NCBI GenBank assembly: GCA_963845085.1
Contig: CAWJQI010000004.1
Coordinates: 192,001-256,000 of the forward strand
Direction of reading: 5' to 3'
Length of the DNA stretch: 64,000 bases
Source of the DNA: Candidatus Fermentibacterota bacterium
GTDB taxonomy: Bacteria; Fermentibacterota; Fermentibacteria; Fermentibacterales; JCC-6
A program made the position numbers and the translations under genes. Under the pieces are notes generated by a model, which saw nothing but the letters and a program-made list of their open reading frames with translations, was not told where the DNA came from and searched no databases. The first letter of the stretch is position 1; the number at the start of each line of letters is the position of its first letter. This document shows, piece after piece, positions 47,689 through 57,971 of the stretch.

Positions 47689-49122
47689 ATGGCAAAGAAC
47701 ATCACGAGCCCTGAAAAGGACTTCGCCAGATGGTACCAGGATGTGATCAGGGAGGCGGAACTGGCCGACTCCGCGCCTGTGCGGGGCTGCATGGTGATCC
47801 GTCCCTACGGGTATGCAATCTGGGAGCTCATGCAGAGCGATCTTGACCGCAGGTTCAAGGCCACCGGCCACACCAACGCCTACTTCCCGCTCTTCATTCC
47901 GCAGAGCTTCATCAACAAGGAAGCCCAGCACGTAGAGGGTTTCTCGCCCGAACTCGCGGTGGTGACCCACGCCGGCGGCAAGCTGCTCGAAGAGCCCCTT
48001 GTTGTCCGCCCTACCAGCGAGACCATCATCAACCACATGTTCAGCAAGTGGATCGGAAGCTATCGCGACCTGCCCATGCTTCTGAATCAGTGGGCCAACG
48101 TGGTGCGCTGGGAGCTCCGCCCAAGGGCGTTCCTCAGAACCACCGAGTTCCTGTGGCAGGAGGGGCACACCGCCCACGCCACCGAGCAGGAGGCCCGCGA
48201 AGAAACAATGCGGATGCTTCAGGTCTACTCGGATTTCATGCACCAGATCGCCGCAATACCCGTGATCCCCGGCAGGAAGACCGAGCGCGAGCGCTTCGCC
48301 GGCGCTGTCGACACTTACACCATCGAAGCCATGATGGGTAACGGCTGGGCACTTCAGGGAGGAACCAGCCATTACCTGGGAACGAACTTCGCAAAGGTGT
48401 TCGAGACCACCTTCCTTGATCGCGACAACCAGAGGCGCTTCGTTCATCAGAGCAGCTGGGGCGTCAGCACCCGTCTCGTGGGGGCCGTCATAATGGCGCA
48501 CGGTGATGCGAACGGCCTCAGGCTTCCGCCCCGCATCGCTCCGGTCCAGGCAGTAATCATCCCGATAGGTCTTCAGGACCCCAGGGCCCCCGAGGTGATG
48601 GAAACCGCAGATGCATTGGCAAGGGATCTTGTCGCCCGAGGCGTGAGGGCATCGGTCGACGGCCGTGACAACATGAGCCCGGGCTTCAAGTTCAACCACT
48701 GGGAGGTCAGGGGTGTCCCCCTGCGCATCGAGCTGGGTCCCAGGGACCTCGACGCCGCCCAGGCCACCCTTGCCCGGAGGAACGGGAAAGAGAAGTTCAC
48801 GCTGCCCCTTGAGGGCATTGCCGACGCTGTCCCGGCCCTTCTCGACAGCATTCACACAGGAATGCTCGAAGAGGCCGGGAGATTCAGGGAGAGCCGTACA
48901 TTCGATGTCGAAACCTTCGACGAGTTCAAACGGCTTCTTCCGGAACAGCCCGGTTTCTACAGGGTGTGGTGGGACGGCACGGCGGAAGAGGAAAACCGTA
49001 TCCAGGAGGAGACGAGCGCAACGGTTCGCTGCATACCCCTGGACCAGCCCGGCGGGGAGGGCAGATGCTTCATCTCCGGCAGGAAAACCACTACAAGGGC
49101 GATTGTAGCCCGGGCATACTGA
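47689..49122 (+). CDS. proS: Prolyl-tRNA synthetase, archaeal/eukaryote-like type
   Basis: RPTSET, QWANVVRWE, FLRTTEFLWQEGHT, C-terminal ARAY. Confidence 0.97.
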   Translation: MAKNITSPEKDFARWYQDVIREAELADSAPVRGCMVIRPYGYAIWELMQSDLDRRFKATGHTNAYFPLFIPQSFINKEAQHVEGFSPELAVVTHAGGKLLEEPLVVRPTSETIINHMFSKWIGSYRDLPMLLNQWANVVRWELRPRAFLRTTEFLWQEGHTAHATEQEAREETMRMLQVYSDFMHQIAAIPVIPGRKTERERFAGAVDTYTIEAMMGNGWALQGGTSHYLGTNFAKVFETTFLDRDNQRRFVHQSSWGVSTRLVGAVIMAHGDANGLRLPPRIAPVQAVIIPIGLQDPRAPEVMETADALARDLVARGVRASVDGRDNMSPGFKFNHWEVRGVPLRIELGPRDLDAAQATLARRNGKEKFTLPLEGIADAVPALLDSIHTGMLEEAGRFRESRTFDVETFDEFKRLLPEQPGFYRVWWDGTAEEENRIQEETSATVRCIPLDQPGGEGRCFISGRKTTTRAIVARAY

Positions 49123-49123
49123 C

Positions 49124-50641
49124 ATGAAGGAGCGGAGGGGGATCATTCCCCTTCTCCTCCTCAGTTTTGTGGTATCGGCAGCGGTCCTGTGGCCGCTGCC
49201 CCTTTCCCCCGACCCTTACGACCACAGCGACACCCTTTTCAACACCTGGCTCACGGCCTGGAACCATCACGCGATGACCGCGTTCAGCAATCCGTTGAAC
49301 ACGCCGCAGTTCGCGGGCTTTCCCGACGGCAGGGGCAGAAGCGACCTGCTCCTCGCCCAGTGGCTATTCTCCCTGCCGCTGCGGGCTTTTACCGGCAACC
49401 CGATCCGCATCCACAACCTTCTCATGTGGATCAGCCTTTCGCTCACCGGCCTTGCCGCCGGGTTCCTGGCGCGGGACAGGGGAGCTTCGGGCTGGGGTGC
49501 CGCCTTTGCCTCAACCGCATTCGTATCGCTGCCCTACTTCCAGAGCCACCTCTGGCACCTGCAGCTCTCCTCCGTCGGGCTCACGCTGGCGGGGATCATG
49601 TTCGCCCTCCGCACGGTCGAGGGGAGAGGCGGCGGAAAGCTTCTTGCGCTGCTGATCCCTCTGCAGGGGCTTGCCTCCCTCTACCACTGGTATTTCCTTA
49701 ACCTCGCGCTTCTCGTGATCCTTGTCCGCACGCTCTTTACCGCGGACAGGGCGAAGATCGGGGGCCTTCTTCTCTACACCGCACTGGGCAATGCGATCAT
49801 GCTTCCATTCCTTCTGCCGCAGCTGGATAACGCAGCCAGATGGGATGTCGACACCATCGCAAGCACCGATGTTTCGGCCTATGCAAGCCCCTGGCACACA
49901 AGCTTCCTGACGGGCTGGCTCAGAACCCCCCACGCCCATCCCGAGGCTGCGCTCTGGCCTGGTCTTTCCGTCCTCGCGGGCGCCGGTTGGGCAGTTTATC
50001 GAAGGAACGCCGGAGGAAGCATGGTGCTTCTGATACTTGGCGTCTTCTTCGCCGCGTACAGCCTCGGTCCCACGATCACCCTCTGGGGCAGGGAAATCGC
50101 CCCCGGGCCTTTCCGATTGATCGCCGCCCTGCCGGGAGGAACGGCTGTCAGGCTTCCGGCAAGGGCAGGCTGCCTGGCCCTGCTCCCCCTGATTGTCGCG
50201 GCGGCACGGCAACTTGGGCGCAAGCCCTTCCCAGCGATCGCCGCGATGGTCGTCACACTCGCCGAGGCCGCCCACCCGCCCATCCCGACCATCCGTCTCG
50301 ACATTCCGGCGCATCACGAATGGATCGCCGGCCAGCACCCGCAGAGAGTGCTTTACATCCCGGTCTCAGAGGAGCTCGGATGGCCCGAAAAAGAAACTCA
50401 GCGCCTGTACTGGTCAACGCTTCACTTCACCCCGAGCGTGAACGGCTACAGCACGAGTTTCCCGGAAGGTTATGCCAGGGCCGCTGCCATCCTCAACACA
50501 TGGCCTTCCGAAGACGCGGTGACACTGGCCGTGCGGCTCGGGGTCGACCTTGTCATAATAGAGGGCGGAGTTCCGGACGATGCCGACGAAACCTGGTTCG
50601 ACGGAAAAACATGGGCGGGAGCCGTATGGCTGGCCCGATGA
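49124..50641 (+). CDS. Multi-pass membrane protein, GT-C/YfhO-like
   Basis: DTLFNTW..W, RLPAR, VNGYS; many TM segments. Confidence 0.6.
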   Translation: MKERRGIIPLLLLSFVVSAAVLWPLPLSPDPYDHSDTLFNTWLTAWNHHAMTAFSNPLNTPQFAGFPDGRGRSDLLLAQWLFSLPLRAFTGNPIRIHNLLMWISLSLTGLAAGFLARDRGASGWGAAFASTAFVSLPYFQSHLWHLQLSSVGLTLAGIMFALRTVEGRGGGKLLALLIPLQGLASLYHWYFLNLALLVILVRTLFTADRAKIGGLLLYTALGNAIMLPFLLPQLDNAARWDVDTIASTDVSAYASPWHTSFLTGWLRTPHAHPEAALWPGLSVLAGAGWAVYRRNAGGSMVLLILGVFFAAYSLGPTITLWGREIAPGPFRLIAALPGGTAVRLPARAGCLALLPLIVAAARQLGRKPFPAIAAMVVTLAEAAHPPIPTIRLDIPAHHEWIAGQHPQRVLYIPVSEELGWPEKETQRLYWSTLHFTPSVNGYSTSFPEGYARAAAILNTWPSEDAVTLAVRLGVDLVIIEGGVPDDADETWFDGKTWAGAVWLAR

Positions 50642-50651
50642 AGGGGCGACA

Positions 50652-51227
50652 ATGGAAACTGTTGCAAGCGTTCTGATAGGCATCGGCCTCAGCGCCACCT
50701 GCGGTTTCAGGATCTTCGTCCCCCTTCTCGTCATGAGCATCGCGGGACAGCTCAACCTTCTCGAACTCTCGCCGGCCTTTGCATGGATCGAAAGCGTTCC
50801 CGCACTCATCGCGTTCGGAGTGGCAACAGTCCTCGAGCTGCTCGCCTACCTCATCCCACTGGTTGACAACGCACTGAATGCGGTGACAATTCCCCTTACC
50901 GTCGTAGCGGGCACGGTGATCACTGCGGCCGTGATACTCGACCTGAACCCATTCCTCACTTGGACGCTGGCAGTGATAGCGGGCGGAGGTGCATCCCTCG
51001 CCGGCAGCGCGGCCAGCAATCTCCTTCACGGCGGTTCAACGGCGGCAACGGGGGGCGCGGCCAACCCGGTGCTTTCAGCCGTGGAAAGCGTGTTCTCAGC
51101 GATAATGTCGGTGCTTTCCGTGCTGGTGCCTGTTCTTGCAGTGATCCTGCTGGCACTTGCAGCGATATTTGGCTACAGGCTTCTGAAGAACATGGGCATC
51201 TTTCGGAGAAAAACGGCAGCGGCATAG
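50652..51227 (+). CDS. DUF4126 family membrane protein
   Basis: GLSATCGFRIFVPL, YLIPLVDNAL, ANPVLSAVE. Confidence 0.8.
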   Translation: METVASVLIGIGLSATCGFRIFVPLLVMSIAGQLNLLELSPAFAWIESVPALIAFGVATVLELLAYLIPLVDNALNAVTIPLTVVAGTVITAAVILDLNPFLTWTLAVIAGGGASLAGSAASNLLHGGSTAATGGAANPVLSAVESVFSAIMSVLSVLVPVLAVILLALAAIFGYRLLKNMGIFRRKTAAA

Positions 51228-51258
51228 GCCGACCGGGATCGGGCAACCCGCCGGCCGT

Positions 51259-51411
51259 TCATCCCTGCTTGCGCACGAGGCTTATGATGAGCACCAGCGC
51301 GATGACAGGAAGCGCAAGCCGGAAAACCAGTGCGACCGAGGTAAGCAGAATCAGCGGCAGAACTGCAAGACCCGCGATCCCGAAAACGAAACAGAGCAGA
51401 AAGCAGCCCAT
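51259..51411 (-). CDS. 50-aa hydrophobic small protein (below the ORF-track cutoff)
   Basis: GGAGG RBS then MGCFLLCFVFGIAGLAVLPLILLTSVALVFRLALPVIALVLIISLVRKQG*. Confidence 0.7.
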   Translation of the reverse strand: MGCFLLCFVFGIAGLAVLPLILLTSVALVFRLALPVIALVLIISLVRKQG

Positions 51412-51550
51412 TCCCACCCTCCGCGTTGATGTATGAGCGAATATACGGCATGCGGTGAAACGTGCATGGAATCAACCCTGAACCTGCCGCCCGATCGATT
51501 GCGGGAACGACCACCTGGCTGACAGTTTCGCAGAAGCACGCAGATCCGCT

Positions 51551-52417
51551 TCAGAATCCTCTTGAAATTCCGTTTTTGAGCCTTTGGAAGAGGCCTGGGG
51601 CGGGCTCCCGGAGAGGGCCGTCCCAGGGTTGTCCGCGCCTCAGGTACTGTTTCGTGAAGACGCCCGCAGTCATGCCCCACTTGCGGGCGAAGACCCTGCG
51701 GCCGCTTGCGAACCGCACCCTTCGTGTGGTCCCGGAACGAAAGTGGTAAACCCTGGAGGCGCCCACCCCTTTGAAGAATCGAACCCCGGTCTGCCAGAGC
51801 TTCATGGAAAGATCGGGATCGGAGTAGAAGCCGGGAAAGAATTCGGTGCTCATCCCCCCGACAAGGTCCCAGAGATCGCGGTGAACCATGCTGGGAGGCC
51901 AGGTGCTCCCCTGCCAGTCGTCCTTCCGAAGTGAGCCCGCGTCGCGAAGCAATTCGTCCTCGCGGAACTCCTCAGGCTTCCTCCCGTAGTCCGCAACGAT
52001 GACACAGGGATTGCTGCTTCTCATCGGCTCGATGAGAGTCCCCGAAAGCATGAACCGTTCGTGGCCGACGGCGTCGGCCTCGTCCATCAGGGCACTGTCC
52101 CAGCCCGGGCATGCGTACATGTCGTCGTTGAAGAAGATCATGCGTTCGGCAGCGGCAAGGGTTCTTGCAGCGTTGAGCGCATGGCATACGCCGATGTTCT
52201 CAGCGCTGGCGGTGTAGCTGAAACCGCGCTCCCTCGCCCAGTCGAGAGTTCCGTCGGCCCCCTGGTTGACATGAAGCACAATCTGGTGCGGAAGGGCGGA
52301 ATTCTGCTCGATGCTTCGAATACAGAGCCTTAGCATTTCCAGGTTGTTCCATGTGGGGATCAGAATGCTGCTTGCAGGGTTGCCCGGAACGCTTCCCCGC
52401 CGTTTCTCAATGATCAC
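51551..52417 (-). CDS. GT2 glycosyltransferase
   Basis: SILIPTWN, FNDDM, SDPDLSMK, VYHF. Start chosen from RBS; ORF extends to 52471. Confidence 0.82.
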   Translation of the reverse strand: MIIEKRRGSVPGNPASSILIPTWNNLEMLRLCIRSIEQNSALPHQIVLHVNQGADGTLDWARERGFSYTASAENIGVCHALNAARTLAAAERMIFFNDDMYACPGWDSALMDEADAVGHERFMLSGTLIEPMRSSNPCVIVADYGRKPEEFREDELLRDAGSLRKDDWQGSTWPPSMVHRDLWDLVGGMSTEFFPGFYSDPDLSMKLWQTGVRFFKGVGASRVYHFRSGTTRRVRFASGRRVFARKWGMTAGVFTKQYLRRGQPWDGPLREPAPGLFQRLKNGISRGF

Positions 52418-52513
52418 TTCAGCCTCTTCCTTGTGGAGGTGGAGCATACCCGTGACGCTTTTCATGGTCAAGCGCCCGGTTGCGAATCAGCCCCGGCTTC
52501 ACATAATCGGACC

Positions 52514-54193
52514 ATGAACGGTTTGCGGGAAATACTCGCCAGCAGGAGGATCCTCGGCAGGACCCTGTCCTTCCTGCGTCCCTACCTGCGCTGGCAGCTG
52601 CTTGGGCTTTTCGTGACGGTTATTGCTGCAGGGCTGGGGCTTGTGCAGCCCTGGGTCAACCGGATACTGATAGACAACGTTCTCCTCGAGGGCAACACGG
52701 CCCTTCTTAAGACAATAATCGCGTTCTTCGCAGGTGCGGTGCTGCTCCAGACATTCACCGGCATGGGGGGGACGTACCTGTTCACGTGGATGAGCAACAG
52801 GGCTGCAAACGACCTGCGGGCAGCTCTGCACCGGAAGATTCAGCTTCTCTCCGCAGCCTTTTCGGAACGCCGGAAGACCGGAGACATGATGTCGTCGTTC
52901 ACGAGTGACATACCGGTGATGCAGGGGCTCTACTCGTCGCTCTTCGTGAACCTCCTGACCGAGACGGTGAGATTCGTCATCGTGCTGGCGGTGATGCTGG
53001 GCATAAACGCCAGGCTGACTCTCATCGCACTCCCTGCTGTGCCGGCCTTCGCTTTGATCGTCGCCCTGGCCGGAGGGATCATAAAAAGGGCCTCCCGCGA
53101 GGTGCAGGAGAAGCGCGCTGATTTCAACGCTCTGCTGCAGGAACAGCTTGCCGGGCTGCGCACTTCGGCTGCATTCGGCCTTGAGGAGGTGCAGGGCGGG
53201 GGTTTCAGGGCATCGATGACATCACTGCTCTCCTCGCAGCTCAAACTCACCCTGAAGGGGTTCATCTTCAACGCCGGCAGCCTGGTCGCAATGTTCAGCA
53301 TGATCCTCGTGCTCTACCTCGGCGGTCTCGAGGTCATCGGTGGACGGATGCAGCTCGGTGTGCTGATGGCGTTCTCGGGCTACTTCGGAATGCTTTTCGG
53401 CCCGGTCGGCTCGTTCGCGGGCGCCGCCGGGCAGGTGCTTCACGCGATCGGCGCAGCGGAAAGGGTTTTCGGCATTCTCGACACGCCGGAATCCGTAACC
53501 TCGCACCCGGGGGCGGTGGTACTCACCAACCCGCTTGGCCGCATCGAATTCCGCGACGTGCACTTTGCCTATCCCGACGGAAATCCGGTGCTTGCCGGCC
53601 TCGATTTCCGCATCGAGCCCGGCGAGACTGTCGCGATCGCAGGCGAGAGCGGCGTGGGAAAGACCACGGTCGTATCCCTTCTTCTCAGGTTCCATGATCC
53701 GAACCGGGGACTGGTGCTTCTCGACGGCAGGCCGCTTTCAGAGTACACCCTCGAATCTCTGCGCAGCAACATCGGGGTGGTCCTTCAGGAACCATTCCTC
53801 TTCAACACTTCCATCCTCGACAACATCCTCATGGGGAAGCCCGGCGCATCAAAGGAAGAGGTCGAACGGGCGGCCGTCGCCGCACATGCACACCGCTTCA
53901 TAACCGAGCTGCCCGACGGCTACGGAACTCCCGCCGGCGAGAGGGGCTGCCTCCTTTCCGGAGGTCAGCGGCAAAGGGTGGCTCTCGCACGGGTGTTCCT
54001 GCGCAATCCCAGGATAGTCATCCTCGACGAGGCGACCAGCGCGCTGGACAGGGAGAGCGAAACGCAGGTGAAGGCTGCGGTGAGGAACCTCCTTCGTGAC
54101 AGAACCTGCCTCATCATAGCGCACAGGGAATCGACGGTTGACGAGGTCGACCGTGTCATAACGATCAAACAATCGGAAGGTGCATCAGGATGA
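52514..54193 (+). CDS. ABC exporter, fused permease/ATPase (MsbA-like)
   Basis: TM domain, GESGVGKT, LSGGQRQR, ILDEATSALD. Confidence 0.92.
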   Translation: MNGLREILASRRILGRTLSFLRPYLRWQLLGLFVTVIAAGLGLVQPWVNRILIDNVLLEGNTALLKTIIAFFAGAVLLQTFTGMGGTYLFTWMSNRAANDLRAALHRKIQLLSAAFSERRKTGDMMSSFTSDIPVMQGLYSSLFVNLLTETVRFVIVLAVMLGINARLTLIALPAVPAFALIVALAGGIIKRASREVQEKRADFNALLQEQLAGLRTSAAFGLEEVQGGGFRASMTSLLSSQLKLTLKGFIFNAGSLVAMFSMILVLYLGGLEVIGGRMQLGVLMAFSGYFGMLFGPVGSFAGAAGQVLHAIGAAERVFGILDTPESVTSHPGAVVLTNPLGRIEFRDVHFAYPDGNPVLAGLDFRIEPGETVAIAGESGVGKTTVVSLLLRFHDPNRGLVLLDGRPLSEYTLESLRSNIGVVLQEPFLFNTSILDNILMGKPGASKEEVERAAVAAHAHRFITELPDGYGTPAGERGCLLSGGQRQRVALARVFLRNPRIVILDEATSALDRESETQVKAAVRNLLRDRTCLIIAHRESTVDEVDRVITIKQSEGASG

Positions 54194-54819
54194 GCTGCCT
54201 CTATTCCGCGCTGCTGCTTGTCGTCGCGGGTTCCGCCACCGACAGCCTCTGGACGGAAACCGGAGAGGGCTATTCAATCTCGGTCAGCTTTCCAGGGGCC
54301 GCACTTGAGATCCCGGTGCTCGCCGACGCCCTGTCCGAATACGCTTCCGGCCAGGTCAGGGCGTTCCGAAACAACTACAAGAGCGTGACCCGGGACTATC
54401 CCGAGCCAATGGACTGGAGCCTTGACATAACTTTCACGCTTGAGCCTTCGCCGGACGGGCTTGTCTGTCTTCTGGCCTGGAGCTGGGAATACTCGGGCGG
54501 CGCTCACGGGAACAGCTGGAGCGTTTCCTTCATCTACGACATTGAGAACGAGGTGTTTGTGGAACCGACTGACCTGTTCAGGGATCCTTCGGAGTTCGCA
54601 GCTCTGGCGGAGTCGGCGGCCCGGATTCTCAGGGAGCAGCTGGGCGAGGACCATTGGATCGAAGCAGGCACCGCCCCGTCGCCCGAGAACTACCGCTGCC
54701 TGCTTCCAGTGCCGGATTCAACGGGAGCGGTCGCAGGCTACAGTGTAATCTTCGCCCCGTATCAGGTTGCGCCGTACGTCTACGGTCCCCAGGAGGTTTT
54801 CATCCCCCTGGAACGCTGA
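54190..54819 (+). CDS. RsiV/DUF3298-like exported protein
   Basis: YSGGAHG and FAPYQVAPYVYG motifs. Confidence 0.8.
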   Translation: MSCLYSALLLVVAGSATDSLWTETGEGYSISVSFPGAALEIPVLADALSEYASGQVRAFRNNYKSVTRDYPEPMDWSLDITFTLEPSPDGLVCLLAWSWEYSGGAHGNSWSVSFIYDIENEVFVEPTDLFRDPSEFAALAESAARILREQLGEDHWIEAGTAPSPENYRCLLPVPDSTGAVAGYSVIFAPYQVAPYVYGPQEVFIPLER

Positions 54820-55299
54820 TCAGAACCCGGCGCCCACCCCGAGCGTGGTGATCCAGTCATGCCCGTCGTCATCGCCTCCGACGTGGCGGAACACACCCGC
54901 GTTGAGTCCCAGGACGAACAGGGATACGGACAGCTCGGGGCCGACATAGGTTTGCCCGGGTTCCACATCGCCGAGCGGATTGCCCCAGGTCCTGAGCACA
55001 GAAGCGGACAGTCCCAAGCTGTACAGAGGCATGAAGCGCATCTCACCGAACCGGTACCCCAGGTTGATCTTCCCCCCTCCGAACCCGGGTTCGAGCTGCA
55101 GGAATGGGCCGTGGTGAAAGGTTCCGCCCGCGGGAATGTTTGCCGCAAGCCCAACCACCCATCCGAGCTTCAGGGGTGTGGAATACCGGGTCATGGCGCA
55201 GGGGAAGAGGTACATTCTGCGGGGGGATGGAGTAACGCCCGGCGGGAGTGCACCCATCGCGAGGGCACAAATCAACATGATCGCGGATACTGCTTTCAT
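54820..55299 (-). CDS. Small exported protein, probable beta-barrel
   Basis: Signal peptide, amphipathic strands, ends TLGVGAGF. Confidence 0.55.
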   Translation of the reverse strand: MKAVSAIMLICALAMGALPPGVTPSPRRMYLFPCAMTRYSTPLKLGWVVGLAANIPAGGTFHHGPFLQLEPGFGGGKINLGYRFGEMRFMPLYSLGLSASVLRTWGNPLGDVEPGQTYVGPELSVSLFVLGLNAGVFRHVGGDDDGHDWITTLGVGAGF

Positions 55300-55456
55300 T
55301 GCTTTCCATCCGTTAGGTTGCCGCACGGGTGGTACCGGACGGAACTGCGAAGTATTCCGTGCGGGCATCTCCGGCAGGGGTTGCTCTTTTCCGACGAATT
55401 CTGCAGGTATGCTTTCAAATATGGTGTGATGAGACTTTTCCAATCAAGGAGCGAAT

Positions 55457-57913
55457 ATGTTTCTTCTTTCCCTTTTACTGGCTTCCCAGTTGGTTCCAAC
55501 GGGTTATTCCGGCCTTCCAAGGGCGATGGTCCCAAGGTCTCTTCTTGAGGACCGGCCTGCGGCCTTCTCCTCAGTTACATCACTGAACGGCGGCAGGGCC
55601 GGGAAGGTCCTGGTCGTGGTTGCAGACTACATTGCCGAGCCGCTCTCCTTCCAGCTCGAGCGCTTTGTGAGCGACATCGCCGCAGACGGGTGGGATGTGG
55701 AGATGACTGTGATGGAGGGAGGGAATGCCGGTGACTTGAGAGCGATGCTCCAGAACGTTTCAGGGCTGGAAGGTGCAATACTCGTGGGCTTCCTCCCGTG
55801 TGCCTGGTTCGAGATGGATTACTGGGCGCCGGAGGAGTTTCCCTGCGAGCTTTACTTCATGGACCTTGACGGTGCCTGGATGGATTACGATTCGGACGGC
55901 ATTTTTGATTCTCACGCCGGTTCCATTGCACCCGAGATATGGCTGGGACGCATCGACGCATCGGCAATGAGCTACGGTTCCGAAACAACGATGCTCATCG
56001 AGTATTTCGACAAGAACCACCTCTACCGTACCGGCTCCATGGCCCTTGACTCCCGGGCACTTTCGTTCATCGACGACGACTGGAGCTCGTCGTACTCTTC
56101 CTGCGGTCTTGAGGCTGTGTACGGCTCATCCGGCGTCACCGTGGTCAACTCGCCGGCCGCCACCACCGCACCGGCATATCTGTCCGGCCTGGGAGAGGGC
56201 TACGAGTTCGTGCATCTCATGAGCCACAGTTCTCCCTGGGGGCACACCTTCCTCGTTCCCGGAGGGCACGGCGGATCGGTCATGGCGCCTGAGATCAGTG
56301 TCGCCGATCCGCATACAGCGTTCTACCAGCTCTTCAGCTGTTCAAATGCGAGGTGGGTCGAATCAGGCTGCCTTGGCAACTGGTACCTGTTCGGAACCTC
56401 ATACGGGCTTCTCGTGTGCGGTGCGGCAAAGACCGGTTCCATGCTCGATTTTGAAGAGTTCTACACACCGCTCGGTTCGGGGGACACCTTCGGGGAAGCT
56501 TTTCATGCCTGGTGGCTCTTCGAGGCACAGGGCGGTTTCTCCGGCATGGAAAGAGCATGGTTCTACGGAAATGCCCTCCTTGGAGACCCCACACTACGGC
56601 CCATGGGAGTCGGTCGCACGTTCGCGGGGCTGCCCGGTTCCGGTGAGGTTGGCAGCTACGACCGCATATCAACCAGCCAGTACTCCGACTGCCACCCGGC
56701 TGCGGTCGCCGGGTCCGGGGAGATCTCAACCGTAGCATGGCTCACCGGTGAGAACGGCCGGCTGGACATAGCGGCATGCATCGTCGACGGCGACAGCTGG
56801 AGCCAGGTTTACTACGTGGACAGCGACGAATACTGGGATGCGGGTGTCACGGCCTGCTTCGACGGCGACGGTGTGCCCTGGCTGGCCTGGAGCGACTTCG
56901 AATACGAAACCTACAGCTACAGGATAAAGACCGCCAACGGTGAATCGTTCGAGAATGTTGAGATCCGTGTGCCGCAGGATGGTTACCAGGTCTTTCCGCA
57001 GCTGGCCTGGGACGGATCGAGGATGTGGCTGGCATGGCTGAACTGGAAGGCGTCCGGGGGTGTCGTGATGGCCATGACACTCGATGGGTCGTTCCCGCCC
57101 CAGGCGATCAGCTCACCCGGGGCGTTCTGCGCGCCACCTTCACTCATTGCCGAAGGAGGCGAGGTTTACGCTGTCTGGGTCGAACTCGACCAGACCGGAA
57201 GCCGGGTGATGGGCAGCATCTATTCAGGTGTCTCGTTCAGCAGTCCCGTACAGATGTCTTCGGGAACGGTCTGTCACAACCCCGTCCTCGGTTCCGCCGA
57301 TGGCCAGGTGCTTCTTGTCTGGCAGGACGACACCTCGGGTTCTTCAATCCGCGCCAGGGTCCTGCCCGGGGAGGAAACGGTTGTTGCATCGCCGCAGGAT
57401 CACGCCTTCCGCCCTTCGATCGGGCAGCTTCCGGGCGGCGGGTTTGCCGTCTACTGGCAGGAGGGAAACGGCGCTTCCGCAGTGATAATGGCGTGTGCGG
57501 TAGCGGGTGGCGAACCTTTCCAGACTGTGTCCCCGCAGGGTCCGGCCTGGTTTCCCGCCGCTGCGGGTGAAAGGCTGTTCTGGGCGGGCAATCAGGGGGA
57601 GGGCTGGGACATCTACACAACGATCCCCGGGTGGACCGGCATCGAGCAGCCCGACGTAATCGAGTCTGTCCCCATGATCGCGGGCAATCCGGTGCGAACC
57701 GGGCTTGCACTGACAATACCGTCGGGCGGGGGGGTATTCTCCGGCCGCATTCAGGTGTTCGACCTGGCCGGAAGGCTCGTGATTGCCCGTAACACGGTCA
57801 TCCGCCCCGGCGAGACAGTGACGGTGGATTGCGAAAGTCTTCGCACGGGTGTCTACATGGTCAACACTGATGACGGAAGGCTTTGCGGAAGGTTCACGGT
57901 GATACGGGACTGA
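55457..57913 (+). CDS. C25 (gingipain-like) peptidase with beta-rich repeats and T9SS-type/FlgD-like C-terminal domain
   Basis: PEIWLGRI, HLMSHS, FSCSN, LLGDP; tail VFDLAGRLV..GVYMV. Confidence 0.72.
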   Translation: MFLLSLLLASQLVPTGYSGLPRAMVPRSLLEDRPAAFSSVTSLNGGRAGKVLVVVADYIAEPLSFQLERFVSDIAADGWDVEMTVMEGGNAGDLRAMLQNVSGLEGAILVGFLPCAWFEMDYWAPEEFPCELYFMDLDGAWMDYDSDGIFDSHAGSIAPEIWLGRIDASAMSYGSETTMLIEYFDKNHLYRTGSMALDSRALSFIDDDWSSSYSSCGLEAVYGSSGVTVVNSPAATTAPAYLSGLGEGYEFVHLMSHSSPWGHTFLVPGGHGGSVMAPEISVADPHTAFYQLFSCSNARWVESGCLGNWYLFGTSYGLLVCGAAKTGSMLDFEEFYTPLGSGDTFGEAFHAWWLFEAQGGFSGMERAWFYGNALLGDPTLRPMGVGRTFAGLPGSGEVGSYDRISTSQYSDCHPAAVAGSGEISTVAWLTGENGRLDIAACIVDGDSWSQVYYVDSDEYWDAGVTACFDGDGVPWLAWSDFEYETYSYRIKTANGESFENVEIRVPQDGYQVFPQLAWDGSRMWLAWLNWKASGGVVMAMTLDGSFPPQAISSPGAFCAPPSLIAEGGEVYAVWVELDQTGSRVMGSIYSGVSFSSPVQMSSGTVCHNPVLGSADGQVLLVWQDDTSGSSIRARVLPGEETVVASPQDHAFRPSIGQLPGGGFAVYWQEGNGASAVIMACAVAGGEPFQTVSPQGPAWFPAAAGERLFWAGNQGEGWDIYTTIPGWTGIEQPDVIESVPMIAGNPVRTGLALTIPSGGGVFSGRIQVFDLAGRLVIARNTVIRPGETVTVDCESLRTGVYMVNTDDGRLCGRFTVIRD

Positions 57914-57971
57914 TGTTTCGGGGGGCGCAACTGGGTTATAATGTGCCGGCTATTTCCACCGGAGGCTGTGC

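Noticed and set aside
47635..49146. 503-aa minus-strand ORF
   Set aside because: Antisense shadow of proS in GC-rich DNA.
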